Part shown: positions 1 to 13,299 of the stretch, one piece after another
Layout: each line of letters begins with the position of its first letter
How positions within the stretch are numbered: position 1 is the first letter of the stretch
Assembly: GCA_964252035.1 (NCBI GenBank)
Contig: OZ176200.1
Direction: 5' to 3' (one strand)
DNA: 64,000 bases
Source: Podarcis erhardii
Taxonomy: Eukaryota
Position numbers and translations under genes: made by a program
Notes under the pieces: generated by a model
What the model saw: only the letters and a program-made list of their open reading frames with translations
Database searches by the model: none
Told to the model about the DNA's origin: nothing

Positions 1-759
1 ACTGATAACCATATAACTGAATTGATCAAGTTTTGAGATGAACGCTCTGAGAATTGACCCCTGTGCTGTGCCCATCAGGAAGTTTCATTTCATTTCATAT
101 GTTTATAAAACTGGGAATCATCGATCAATGCTAACACCACATTTATTAATCCACATACCTAGCACACACAGAAAAAGGCTGCAACAATAGGACAAAGATA
201 CCTACGCATTTCGGAGAGAGAAACTGAAACAACGACAAACAAAAATCTCCAAAGAGCCAGTTAGGGAAAGATATCCAGGACTAAGGTGGAAACAGAAATG
301 CATCCTTTTCTATGGCAGCACAGGCTTGCCTTAATCTCACATTTAAGCACAATAGGAAGAGGTATGGATAAAACAAAAGCTGCATTTCTCTGGTCTTTCT
401 TTCTCTCAATGTAGATTACAAACACATGGAGAAATTCAGAGGCTCCTCCATAGGTCACCCAATCCACCCTTCCCAGCCTATATAGATGTACCCGCCCTGC
501 ACTAATCCTTACGAATTTGCTTTGTTCGAATATAAATCTCAAAGAGATGGGAATAGGGCAGAGGGAGATATCCCTCTGGCAGGTCACTTTCTTACAAGAG
601 TCCCCCCCCCCCTCCACAACTATCATGCTCGTCCATTGTGCCGGCGCTGGAGATCTTTCCCCTATCCTACATGCGGAGAAGACTGAAAGCGCGACCTCTG
701 AAAAATAAAAAAAAGGAGCCAAGATGCGAAGCCCAAGCAATTTTGTCCCGCCCACCCTG

Positions 760-1660
760 GCATAGTCTTTCACCTACAGAGGATCCCGCTCGCTCATCAT
801 CCCCGCTCGCCATCCAGCCAGCTCTGCAGCTCCAGACAATGCTCTCCCTTCGCGCTCCCCACCCGCACACCGCCCTCGCCCTCGCTCCCCTCCCCCTCCA
901 AGCCCCCTGCCCAGGCAGATCCCGGGCAACATGACAGTGCAAGGGCGGGCGGGTGGGAATACCTGGCGGCGGAGGCTGTGGCGCCGACACTGGAGGCGGG
1001 CGCAAAGATATTTGGACTCCTGCACGTCCTAAAAGAGGCATTCAGACGAATGGGAGCAGCAGAAGCCTCTAATCCCCGCTGCTGCTCCTGCTGCTGCAAT
1101 GCATGGCTGATGCTCTTCTCCGCCCCTGTGTTGCCGATAAAGCTGCAGCTTGGGCTTGGTAAGAATGGAACCTCGGCGCGCAGGCGCACTCGCCGCTCGC
1201 TAGGAAAGACTGAAGTGGGGGGGCGGTGCTGCACATGCGCCGTAGACCAAAGCACAGGGGCATGCGGTGAGCATGCGCCTCTTGTTCCTGGCTCTTCTAG
1301 GGACCATCACGCATGTGCTGCCCGAGTCTCTTCCCTGGCCGACGCTCCCGCCGACAGTCATAGAGGTCCGTCAAAGGCTAGATAGAACCAAGCGGGGGGG
1401 GGGGACATCTCTATGGTGACGTGAATCCGATACTGAAAGGCGTGGGGCGAAGGGATGCAAAGTGTGTAGCTGAGGCGATGAGCTCACCGCGCGTTGTACG
1501 CATGCGTCGGCCAGCCGTATTCTAGTAATGACGTATGTGCACAAAACGGCTGCTGCATTCCTTGATTAATATTAATAAGAGGGCGGGAGGGGACGGAGTT
1601 ACGGATTGGAGATGAAGGCTGAGCGCACCGGTCTCGCCTTCCGGGGTCAAAGGTCATAAG
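760..1660. promoter_or_regulatory. CpG-island promoter, probably bidirectional, with clustered NRF1-like motifs, GC boxes and a reversed CCAAT box
   Basis: High CpG/GC density against an AT-rich background; GCGCAGGCGCA 1178-1188, GCACATGCGC 1231-1240, GCATGCGC 1271-1278, CGCATGCG 1499-1506; GGGCGG boxes; ATTGG near 1605. Confidence 0.75.
963..1250 (-). other. Putative non-coding first exon of a minus-strand gene leaving the window (CLASP1 expected by synteny with TSN); 5' end approximate
   Basis: Minus-strand donor CCGCCAG|GTATTC (GT at 962-961) inside the CpG island; only a short uORF (MHCSSRSSSGD*) in the exon; identity inferred from the human CLASP1-NIFK-TSN gene order, no coding sequence seen. 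Confidence 0.45.
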
Positions 1661-1943
1661 AAGGCAATGCAGTATTATTTCAAAATAATTAGGAAAGGGG
1701 GGGGCGGGATTGCGTCCTAAAGACACACACTGTACAGGGAAGCTTCTAAGGCAGTAATATTTCCTTCCCTCTCCCCGTTATTATTCCTGATTACCTGTTG
1801 AATTTCTGCCTGTTGTCCTAGTGTTAAATGCACAGGAGGAAAGAAGGTAGCCCTATTGCAGGAATAGTGAGGGAGGCTGCTCCTCCAGACAAAACTGCAT
1901 TCAAAGACATTTCAACTGGTGTTGCCTTTAAAAGATCTCTATC

Positions 1944-1974
1944 TGTGTGTGTGTGTGTGTGTGTGTTTGTGTGT
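1944..1974. repeat. (TG)n microsatellite
   Basis: Direct read. Confidence 0.95.
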
Positions 1975-2619
1975 ATTTGGGCAGTGGGAGTGAGAATCTT
2001 ATGGCACCTTAAAAATTAACTGCAAAATGTGTATACATGTCTACTCAGAAGCTTCACTGTAAAAAAAAATGCATTGTTTGTATTTGGTTTGCCATTACCA
2101 TTCTGCAAAAGTGAAGAACAGTTATGTTTCAATAAGCAGTTAACCATTTAAATGATCTAATAAGGCAGCTGTGATTATACTTGGTTGCAGTGTGTTCCTT
2201 ATTGGTAGCCCTTGTCCATCATTTGCCAGGTTAAGAGGTACCCCTGCTGAGTGGAACTTACTGAGAGGATTGCTCACACAGAGAGGCATCCTAAAATCCT
2301 TCCATTTTGCTCTTTGTCTGCCTGCCTCTCTGCTGACTCTGTTCCAGGCCATCAAAAAGAACCATCAAGAGGAAATCACTGGACTGGCCAAGTCATTGTC
2401 CTAACAAAAGACAGAGAGAGAAGCCATCAGCAAGACTAAGACTATGTGCCCCATCCTGCACCCTACACTCTGGGTAGTTAGCAATGGAGGATGCCAGAGA
2501 GGAGGAGGGAAGTTCCAGGTTTGCAGTGGGGAATGATGTAACCAACAGAGAAAAGTGTCAGTTTTGCAAATGGGGTGGGGGTGCATGTGAATGCTCTGTA
2601 CTCTAGGCTCAGGTTGTAT

Positions 2620-2764
2620 GTATGTGTAAATAAACCATATATCATAAAGATGTCATAGTCTCTGCTGTGCCTCATTGTCCAAAAAGAAACACAGACCCTG
2701 CTAAGTGTACCTGATACCCCTGGAATCTTGCACTGCTCAGAAATTGGGGTGTCGTGTAACAATA
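2620..2764 (+). mobile_element. 3' part of an LTR-like interspersed repeat (may extend back to about 2445); second copy at 57434-58008 on - strand
   Basis: About 140 bp (tatgtgtaaataaaccatat...ggggtgtcgtgtaacaata) aligns by eye with the reverse complement of 57431-57578; AATAAA followed by a CA end. Confidence 0.5.
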
Positions 2765-3023
2765 TCCTCTGCCCAGATCTCTGTAAGTGAGGACTGCATG
2801 AATGGGTGATTAACTTAGAAGGGCCATAACCTTGTGCCTATTGTGTAATTTGCCACCACAGAAAAAGTAACATTTAAACAACAGTCCTAATCAGGACTTA
2901 CTTCTGAGGAGGCATGCATAGGTTTGCAGTGTTAGTTTGTGCAACTTCTGTACGTTGGAGATACGCGAGGAAAAGGCCAAAAAGATTCCTGTAGAAATGC
3001 AAGTACTGTCTCCCTTGCTCAAA

Positions 3024-3042
3024 AACACACACACACACACAC
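3024..3042. repeat. (CA)n microsatellite
   Basis: Direct read. Confidence 0.9.
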
Positions 3043-5089
3043 AACCCAAAAAAACCTAGAATGACAACAGTATGCTGAATTTTACACTTTTCTATCATGG
3101 GACTCCTGTTGCTGTGAAGTACACTTTTTCCCTTAAAAGATTTTCACACATCCCTAGCTTTTTTCAACAGTTCACTACAAAGCACGGTGTGTTGATTATT
3201 CACAACTCCCAAGCTCAAACAGCATGAAGAAAGCATGGATTCAAATAAATCTTCTTATGCCATATCGTTCATAGTCCACGTCACTATGGTGTGAATGGTG
3301 CACTGAGCATCCCCTTTACACACATCCCAATAACCATAGACAGTGCGGTTGAATGATTTCTGAAATTCATTTGTGTCTAAACAAAAGTATTATCAAGTGC
3401 CCCTTGGAAGAGACAATTTCAGCTGCTGTGTCACACTGTCAGATTGTGAAATAACTGCTGTCACTCAAAAAGAAGAAGAGACGTTGGAATCATGGTGGAT
3501 AATGCCCTAAAAATATCAGTACAGAAGACTGCAGCTATTTAAAAAGCAACAGTGCACTACCATTTTACTTATCTGATATAAATAACACAGAATATAAACC
3601 TCCTCCATTAACTGTTAATGGAAATGGTCAAAGTGGGGGCAGGCATGGTTGGATATTTCCATTTCAACTCCATTCATGTCTATGGTGGGATGGAAAAGGC
3701 CTGATTCCAATATCCAGTGTGAACAGAGAGGACTTCTGAATGAATACATCTCACTTCCTCTTTCAGGTATACTTAAACCTCACTGTGCTGAAGAGCATAA
3801 AGACTGCAGAAAGGGCAGAAGGTCTGTGCAGAAAGACAGCAGTGATGAAAAGGGAATACCAAGAAGCTCCCCCTGACCCTGTAACAGAAGCAGAGCTGCC
3901 TTTGTGACCAATGCTTGCTCTGCATAGAGTGAGGCTTTGCTCTCTGCAGTTTGCTATAAACTAATCCAATGCAAGGACTATATATGCATATCTTTGACCG
4001 ACCTTGAGAGGAATAACTTACACATACAAGTCATAATGTAAAAGGCTACTTTGCATACATTTCCAATGCACACAAATGGTGCGTTTCTTTTCGCACCTCA
4101 TTTCCTTTCCTTTCACTCCCCCGCTCTTCCTCTTCCTTTATTAACATGTTTCTCACCAGTAGTACACAGCAAGCCATCATAATCTCTTCAAGTCCTATTC
4201 CTACACTTTAAAAGCCCACTTACCATATTAATTCCACCTAACGGCAAGCCTGCTGTAATATGATGGGAGTTTTAAGACTGTGAATGAAACAAGCTCACAT
4301 TAAGGGAGATTCGCTAGTTCTGTATAAAAGGCTGTGCAAAATCAATGAAGGTTGCCATCCTCGGAATACTTACTTGGGAGTAAGTCTCACTGAAAATGAT
4401 GGAATATTACCTAAAGGATCATCTTCTCTAATAACATGGGCAGATGAAGGGGGACTTGTTTATCTGCACAGGCAAGTCCCTTTTCATTTAAACAGGACTA
4501 ATGAGGTGATTTGTTCTTCTCTGCTGGCTGCCATTTTGTTTCCATTCTTTATCTGCTCTTACCCTATTTCTATATGGTTTTATCATGTTGCTTGTTACGT
4601 TATGTGGATTGGTTAGTTTCTATTGTGAATTTTATTGTTCATTCCCACATTGGGCATTTTAAAATGGAACATGTTGGTGTAAATGTAACAAACAAAAATA
4701 AGTGAGTAAGTCCCATTGAACTTAATGAGATTTCTGGGTAGAGAGGCATAGACTAGTGATGGAGGCCAATAGGAATACAATAACTGACCATTCTGAGGGG
4801 GAAAGTGCTATACTTTTCAGAACAAAAGCTGGAGAGATGTAACTGAAGTTGCAAAAATGTCCTTTATATGTCAGCATCATCTAAACTCCTTGTTGTAGTA
4901 TAATACACACATTAAGGTTTCATAAAGAAGACCAGGATCCACAGAACTGTGCATCTAGTTATCTGAATCCATGAGTTTTTCTGAGGGGAATTTCAAGAGC
5001 AGTTTCTGGTATTGCATAAGATCAGTCGCTCTATCTCTACTGTCAGAGGAAGGAAGAGTGCTGTTGTACTCAGGTTCTGCTTGCAGGTT

Positions 5090-5190
5090 TCCCACAGGCC
5101 TCTGGCTGGCCACTGTGAGAACAGAATCCTGGACTAGATGGGCCACTGGCCTGAACCAGGCGGCTTTTACACTCTTATTCTTAACCTCCT
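5090..5190 (+). mobile_element. CR1 LINE 3'-tail fragment
   Basis: ggccactgtgagaacagaatcctggactagatgggccactggcctga... resembles the lizard CR1 3' end; similar copies at about 25905-26000 and 35010-35115. Confidence 0.6.
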
Positions 5191-6139
5191 AATATTGGAA
5201 GCCTCTGAACCTAAGTTCCTAGCTGACCTACTTCTTTTAAAAGAAAGTTAAAAATCAGAAGAGGAGTTTGAAAAAACTGCAATGAAAAGCAAATAGATAT
5301 GCAAAATGGTAAATAAATTGTATATATAAACAAGAGAGATTACCGTTAAGCCATTTTTAGTCTAGCATTTTTATTGTGTTTATAAAAAAAAACCATCTGG
5401 TTAATTAAAACCCTTCTTACTGTTTTCATCTCTCATTAACTTGCAACAGGGGAAAACCCTTACTATCCATGAACATTATTAAACTCATTCGTTTTAAATG
5501 TACATTTAAACAAAAGCTTTTAGTGTTCATACATCAAAACAGCATGACATTGCAATGAAGGTACAATTAAGGAATTAAATGTTGCACTTTCATTTACAGC
5601 GTGTATGCTTCGCCCAGATATATCCTCAGCAATCTTGCTTGTGGTCTAAGGAGCATTTGGAGCTGAGACGTTAAAATCAGAGATGGCCCAAGACTTTTTT
5701 GTGTCTCAGAGAAAAAACCAGCAACATATGGGCTCTTGTGGTGGTTTTATATAGTTCTAATAGATAAGGCTCAGTTTTTATGTATCCTTACTTTGGAATA
5801 AGCTCCTGCAGCAAGATTGCACCCCACCCATCTATTCCACATGGAAGGTAGATAGTGCTGTTGGCATAGAAAAGTGAGAATTATACAGAATCTTAGCTGG
5901 CAGCTGCATTGTGGCTAGCTGAGTCATGCTCCTCTCCCAACTTCTCAGAGTGCCCACTAGCAAGCCCCCAGCTCCAGTCTTCCCCATCACTGACATTGCC
6001 GTCACTGTTCCCTAAAAATTCCTCCATACTACTGAGTATAGAATGGTTTTGGCAAGGCAAAGAAAAGGAGGCAAAATTTGGATTGGCAACTGGAAAGTTT
6101 GCATTTGAACCAGGGGACAGCAGCTACCAGCTTCTAGCG

Positions 6140-6235
6140 CAGAAGTGGGAAACCTATGGCCCTCCAGATGTTGCCCATTGACCAATGGGAGTCGTAGTTC
6201 GGCAACATCTGGAGGGCCACAGGTTCCTTACCGCT
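6140..6235. mobile_element. Short palindromic MITE (internally deleted copy)
   Basis: Inverted arms ggccctccagatgttg / caacatctggagggcc; same family at 27958, 46205, 49695 and 56790. Confidence 0.65.
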
Positions 6236-9200
6236 ATCCTAGCATAAAGGCTCAAACAGAAGCAGGGTGTGTTTAAACTGATCATGTGAGAAGACTCTGC
6301 AAGTTTTACTGCTTTTATCTTTATCACTTTTGGTACATTTTAGCTGCTTTAATTTCCACTGTGGAAGTACGTGGAGGAAAAAAATCCCTACCCTAACAAA
6401 GACAACAACTGCTAGACAAAATGTTTTTATTTTCATGCCTCTAAAAGCATTTCCCTTGTGGTTATATGTATGAGTCAGCAACTCATCAATTCTGCAGTAT
6501 TTTTAAAGAGTTGCTTAAGGGGCAATATGGCAAAGCAAACCTTCTGAAATTAGGATATGCAAAAGCTTCCAGGGCGGGTGGAACTATCCAGACTCTGGCT
6601 CTACCAATTGATTTTGAACGAGGTAGGGGTGGAATACCAGGATTATTATTAATAGCCTTCTAGCTTTCTGGGAAATGATCTCACCAAGCTGGACTAATCT
6701 TTTAAATTCACATTATGGAGGCAAAATGTCTTTTTTTAGAGGCAGCTACTTAAATCGATGGGTCATTTCTAACTATATAATACGTTATATGTTGCTCTGA
6801 ATCTTGGAATATCCCCAAAATTCCAACATCAAAAAGGAAGAGCAGAATATCTCAAAAGAGAATGCTGTGCATTTTCTCTCATTGCAGGTACACAAAACGC
6901 AAATCAACCCAGTCCCAAAACACTAAGCCCCTTCCACGCAAGGGGTCTGCAAGATGCTATTGAGCTTTAAGTGGCCTGCCTCCTTAATTAATTACACATG
7001 TAATCCTATTTAAAAAATCCACTGAGAGGATATGCTTTGAATTCCAATTTGTTTATGCCCCGCCTGTGTTCATCTTGAGCTTACTTAAGGATGCGCCCCA
7101 CCCCCTTCCAGAGGCTCCCTTTCCCAGAGGGAACAGGAGCAACTTCTCCCTTACTGTTATGCTATTCTTGCCTTGGTCTGGCTGCTGTATTGATAAGTGC
7201 AAAAATGAATTGGGTAGGAGGAGGCAGAAAATAAACAACTGCAGCAGGAACAAGCTCATATAAATGTTCCCTTCTGCAGGTGTCCAACCACGTCAGAATC
7301 TGCTTTGATGTTGCAGAGGTTTCCAAGGTACTTGCTTGGTGTACATGGGGAGAGCCGGTTAGGCCAAAACAGCACACAAGACTTTGCCCTCCTAGATTTG
7401 TAAGTCACCACAAGTAGCTGATCACTAGTTGCCCCTTAAGAGAAAACCCAAATTGTTGGAAAGGAGGCATGCACATCCCTCATGGTGGGATGGGGAGGTT
7501 TTTTGTTTTAATTGAGGTTCATGGCAGGGCATTGCTGCAAATGAAAGAGCAGCTTTTATCCGCTGTCCCGTTTGTGGCAGTCTATTTATTTATTTAGTTA
7601 TTTATGGACTGTCTTACCCGCCCTTCACCATGAGGCTCCAGGGCAGGTTATGGCAACACAAAATCTGTGGAATCTACATCTATCTATCTAAACTGTCAAA
7701 GGCCAGGATGTCTTCGGCATTTGGTAAAAAAAGATGTTGCCAGATGCAGCTCTGTGGAGAGGAAACTTAGAAGCTATCCCAGGGAATGGGCTACCTCAGG
7801 GAATATGCCCTTTCCTGGGCTGTCCCCCCACAACCTTCCAAGAGCGATCGAACTACCAAGGAGGCCTTTTTGCTGATCTGAACACCTGAGAGGGCCTGTG
7901 GCCTTCCATACATTGCAGAGGAACATTAGTAGCTGCACGTCTGCAGGGAAGGTTTCCGATCTGCAGCTACTTCCCAAAGTGCTATGAATGCAATGCGACA
8001 GTGAAACGCCTCAATAAATCTGTTAGTCTTTCAGTTGTGTGCACAAATGTATTCAAACTGGAATTCCAGTGACGGCAATGAGGAAAAAAGATTATTGTGC
8101 ATATAATGTGCTCGGGAAAAGAAGGGATGAAAGCCATTGCGTGTCTGTGAAAATCAATCAGCTGCACAACCCTTAGAATTTGAAGCAGGTTTAGAGACAC
8201 CTGCTGACTTATTTCTGTATGGCAGTTAAATATTTCTTAGAGCTTTGGAATCAGAATTTAACTGTGTGTCCCAATGCAAAGGATGACAAAAACCTGTATT
8301 TTTAAATAATGAAGTACATGGAGAGCTTTTGGGGGAAAAACCAACTTGTCAAGTAGCAGGGAGGAAAGTCTGAGCATGCTGAAATTTTCCCTTCTGTGCA
8401 ATTAGGAAATGTATAGACACCCAGCCCATTTCTGCATCTGATTGCATGATTTGCATGACATTCCTGTTTCTCTTTCATTCCACCTTTCCAAAACTCAGCT
8501 GGAAGCTTATCCCTTTCTCTCTTCCTTAGCCTCCCCAAACCCTACTCCTCATACATTATGTCATCTCTCTACTGATATTTATGAGGTGAAATGAATTGCA
8601 ACAGGGTATATACAGCAATGTTTGCTGACCTGGTGCCTTTCAGGTGTTTTGTACTACAACTCTCATCACATGCTGGCTGCGGCAGATGGGAGTTCTGGAA
8701 AAGGCTGGCATACGGAGTGTGTTGAATGTTGAATACAAGGAGCAGAGCAGTACATTTTGACCGGCCTAACTTGTTGTGAGAGTTTAGAAAAGCTGCACCT
8801 TCTAGAATTCTCTCTTCTTTATAATTATGTCTTTCTCTGTATCTGGACAAATTAATCCAAACAGCAGATCTCCTGGCTATGTGTTCTTCCTGAACTTCCT
8901 CACTTCTATAGGAATAAGGTTTTGTGTTTTTTTCCAATAAGAGGATCCTGCATCTTTAAGCATTGTGGAGGGACAGGAATTATGGCATGTGAAGCTTATC
9001 ATGCAGGGCTTTCACTTAATCTGACTCATTTGGCTGGAACAACAAGAACTAAACAGATTCATTTCTTTTTAATACAACTTGTAGATAAAAGCATGTTCTG
9101 AATAAAAACAAATACTGCAACAGCCCACTGGTGACTTTTGAGTGCAGTTGTGGTGGAATCAGAGAGGTTATTTTTATTATTTATATTATTATCTACTATT

Positions 9201-12200
9201 ATTTTTGTTTGTTTGCTTGAAAACACTGGCAAGTATAGAAGCATGCTGCATTTTGTGGGATGAAGTCAGGGCTTTGATTCCACAAGACAAAGCAGGTGTG
9301 ACAGTAATTCATTCCAGTTCCCAGGGCTAAATGAATAACTGACAGCTCTTGCTCCTTCCACATTCTTATGCTGGGTGCACAGAAGAGGGGCTCAGCATTC
9401 TCCAGGCGGGGAAGACGCTTTGCTGACACTTCACTCTCTTAGGGCTCAATAACTGTTTCCCTTATTACAGCAGCTAACAGATTTTGTCAGTAAACTGGAT
9501 TCTGCAGCATGCTGCGAAGAAAAGAACGATAGGTGCCAACAGAGTCATTTCTGGACCCTTTCTAAGTTAAATATGGGACACTGCTGATATGCCTCTTTAA
9601 CTGCTGTAGATGAGAGACAATTTGGGTTGATTCTGCTTTTTCTACCACTGTGGCACCAAGCTGCACAATTTCCCCTTCTACATAATCTGCATTTGCAGGC
9701 ACAGGTAGAAGCCTTAGTCCAATGTTACATGCCTTAGTCTAAAAGTAAATTTTCTGGAGGTCATCAGTTACATTACCCTGAAGTCTCACTGTAGCTTTTG
9801 TGAATAATATGATTGAAAATGGCTCAAAAGTTATTCTAACCCATCTGCCCTAATATTTGCCAGTTTTAAACACTCTTGTTCCTCACACAGCCATGCCTCC
9901 TGTTTATATAATTGCAAAGCTTTCTTTCTATCTCACTTAAGGTCACCAGAGTGTTTCCTGGCGTGGCTGGGTTGATTTGTAAGAGCTGCATAATTGGCAG
10001 AGATTCATCTGGCGAATCTTTCCTTCCTGCACTGCATCACTATGCCAAAGAATCATCTACTGAATTTTCTGCCAATCATGCACTGTTAAAGGCAGATGAG
10101 ATATGCCAGCAAAAGGGTTGCTAACCTTTCTGTCTATAAGTGTGCAAATACAACCAGCAGAGTTGAGAGGTTTTTATTTATTTCTCTCCCCTGCCGCCCC
10201 CCCCCCCCCCGTAGTAAAAATGATGCAAGTGAAGCTTTGCCTGGGAAACCTTAATAATGAATTTTGACATGTCATGCACCTGTTAAGTAACCATGATGGA
10301 AGACAGTTGACAACCTTATTCTATCTTCCACCATCCCTCTCCAAATCTGAACAAGACTGTGCCTCACCCTGATCCTAAACATGTTTCCTTAGGAAGATAA
10401 TAAGATTTATTACAAGTAATGGCACATAGGCTTAGATTCTCGGTGGAAGGGCTTTTATGTGATGAGCAGAGTCCAGAGCATAAAATCTTCCTATGAGTGG
10501 CTGAAGCAGAAGTCATGACACAGCATGCCTGTTCACTTGCTATGGAAACTATGTTTGGTTAAGTATCAAGTGTCCAGATTTCTGCCCATGTGCTTAGCAA
10601 GGAAGCGCTGCATATTTATAACTTAGGCAGCCTAAAGACTACAACAGCAAAGCAATTCCCTTATGGGCCAGCAAATTCATTCCACAGCTTGGCCTGAGCA
10701 ATGTATTAATTATTGTTGTTTTTATATTGCCAGAAGAATGTGGAATCTCTTCTAGACCAAGATAAATTGATACCAGAAGGATTAATGGTCTAAATTAGCT
10801 ACAACACAGGAAGGCGTGTGATAAACCAAAGAGTGGGGACCCATATTGAGGCCTGAGGGTTGTATCCAACCAAGTTATACTCAGAGCAGAGTCCATTAAA
10901 TTAATGGACCCGTTAGTCATGTCCATTCTTTTCAATGGGTTTACTCCAGGAGTAAGGAAGCTTTGACCTGTGAACCAAACCTGGCCCAGCAAACCTCCCC
11001 ATTTGGCCTGCTAGGCTGCTTTTCTTAAACCAGGCCTACCTGCCCCACACCTGATGTATAAGATGTCAGGTCTGGGGCAGGTATCAATGTGGCTACAAAG
11101 TAACAATCAGGAGTGTAAAGTGAGTGACCGATTGTTCCTTGCTGGAGCATGGTGTACTTCAGACGTTGGATGAAGGGAGTGTACCTTTTTCTGAGAGCAC
11201 CAAGCAGTTTGCATTAAAATTTCTGCTAAAACAGGTTTCCCCCTCCACTTCAATGCAACCTGCTAGGCACTACAGGATTAGCAAAGTCCCTTGTTCTGCG
11301 GTTCCCAGTTGCCAACTGGCTGTCAGGCGCTTGACATAATGATGCCAAGTGATTGACAAGTGAGTTGTCCAACCCACCTGTCAAAGCTGGCCCACAGGTT
11401 ATGGTCAGATAAGGATCTGGTTCACTGGTCCAAAAAGGTCCCCCATCCCTAGTTTACTCTGAGTAGTACTAATATTGGCTACAACACTGAGTAATCCAGA
11501 ATACCATTCCGTAGGGGCATGTTGGAGCTGCAAAAAGAACCTGGATGAAGGGTGTGTTTGAGAACATATATGAACACCTTAAATTTGGAGGCTACAAAGG
11601 TACATTGAATCAATTACCACCTTGTTGGTGAGATCCCGAAGCAACATAACTTTTTATAACATGTCGAGATTGGAAGCTTGGCAGGCTCCCCAAACAACTT
11701 TGTGATCCTCCCACACCCACAATCTGCGCTGTTGTTGAGACGCACACTTCCCTCTAGTACAAAGTGTATTACTTAGGAGAAAATGTGGGGATTCTTTTTA
11801 CCAAAGTTATGTTTGTGCAGAAAATGTGCTGCAAATGAGAAACAGATGTGTACCGTTTTAAAAAAACCCTGAAATTAAAAATTTGTGCAGAAAGTATGTA
11901 AACTGGTAAACTTGCTGCCCCCTAGTGTATCAATGTATTCATGGATGGAGACTAGCTTTTCTCTCTCCTATTATAAGGACTTACGGTAATAATTGGAGCT
12001 TTGCACACTTCATAACATATAGCAAAACACAGATTTGCCATAATTAAAGAAATCGTTGCTTAAGCAACAGCATAGATTTGTGAAATAAAAATAAATTTTT
12101 AAGTACACAGTATGAAAATCAAGGTTTGATCATTAATTTAAATTCCCAAGAGATTGCATGAACATGCTACATACCTAAATGCACACAGTAAAGAACCTGA

Positions 12201-13299
12201 TTTTCTGTTTGGCAACAGCTTTCACAAAGAAATAGACTTTTGTTACATGAAACTATCAACCTGGTTTAAATTTGATGATGGTAAACTACTTGTGATTCAC
12301 ATGGGATCTGGGTCTGTGACAGCCTGTTCAGATACTTGGCTCAACACATTTAATGTCAAACATATAATAGAAAATAATGATGAGTTGTGAAATTGGTACG
12401 ACATCTTTGGCTATAATAATAGGGTAAGACTTTGAGTAGGACTTATCAGATGCAACCCTTTAAATCAGTAGAAGTTACTTTCTAGTACTATGAATTGCTT
12501 AAAAGCTGTTGAATGCAATCTGAATTCACTCAAGCTCAGGATCTATATCTCTATCCTTGGTAGTAACATTACATGACCCCAATATTGGCTAATGGTTAGA
12601 AACCAAACAAGCCAGTTCTCTTTAATATGGTATTCATTGTATGAACATGCTCTGTGTTTTTTGTACTTGCAAGGCAAAGGCATGTGAAGTAGCAATTACT
12701 ATCGGATAGGTAAAAATATTGCCCCAGCTCAACACTATGACCAAGCTAAGATGCCTCAGTGAGATCAGGAGACATCAAAAGAAAATGGTATTTCACATAC
12801 TAGGGAGTCTACTAACTCAAGAGGTGATAATGCTAAGCATTTACATAGCTTCCCTAATATTATGTCTTGCAAAACTGTGATAATGATAGTGTAGCTGGAT
12901 CCAGTACTGCATTCTCATTATAATTTGTGAATTAAGAACTCCTAAATATGTTGTACAGTCATTGCATTATGCGCAGAAAGTCAGCTCCTAAGACTCTCGG
13001 CTTGTAAGAACAAAGCAAGCTTTTAGCTGACATAATTGGCATGTGTTCAAATGTTGGGTGGCCTGATGCAAAAAGAGACAAAGCTTTTGCACCCTTAAGA
13101 GCTGTGAAGAAAAATGGAATTTCAGGAGGCATGGCTTGTCATGCAAGCTACATCTGCTGCAGTGCCCTCTTCTGCAGAGCTATTGATTTTATTTATTAGT
13201 TATATTTATTTCTAGCCAGACTTTCAGCCTACCCACACCACTATCCCCATCCCCAGTAATTACGGCTGGCATTTTGGCGGTCTTGTAATAACAAAAGGG

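Noticed and set aside
261-1385. Several 120-170 aa ORFs on both strands at the left edge
   Set aside because: They overlap the GC-rich island, where stop codons are rare; low-complexity translations with no recognisable domain
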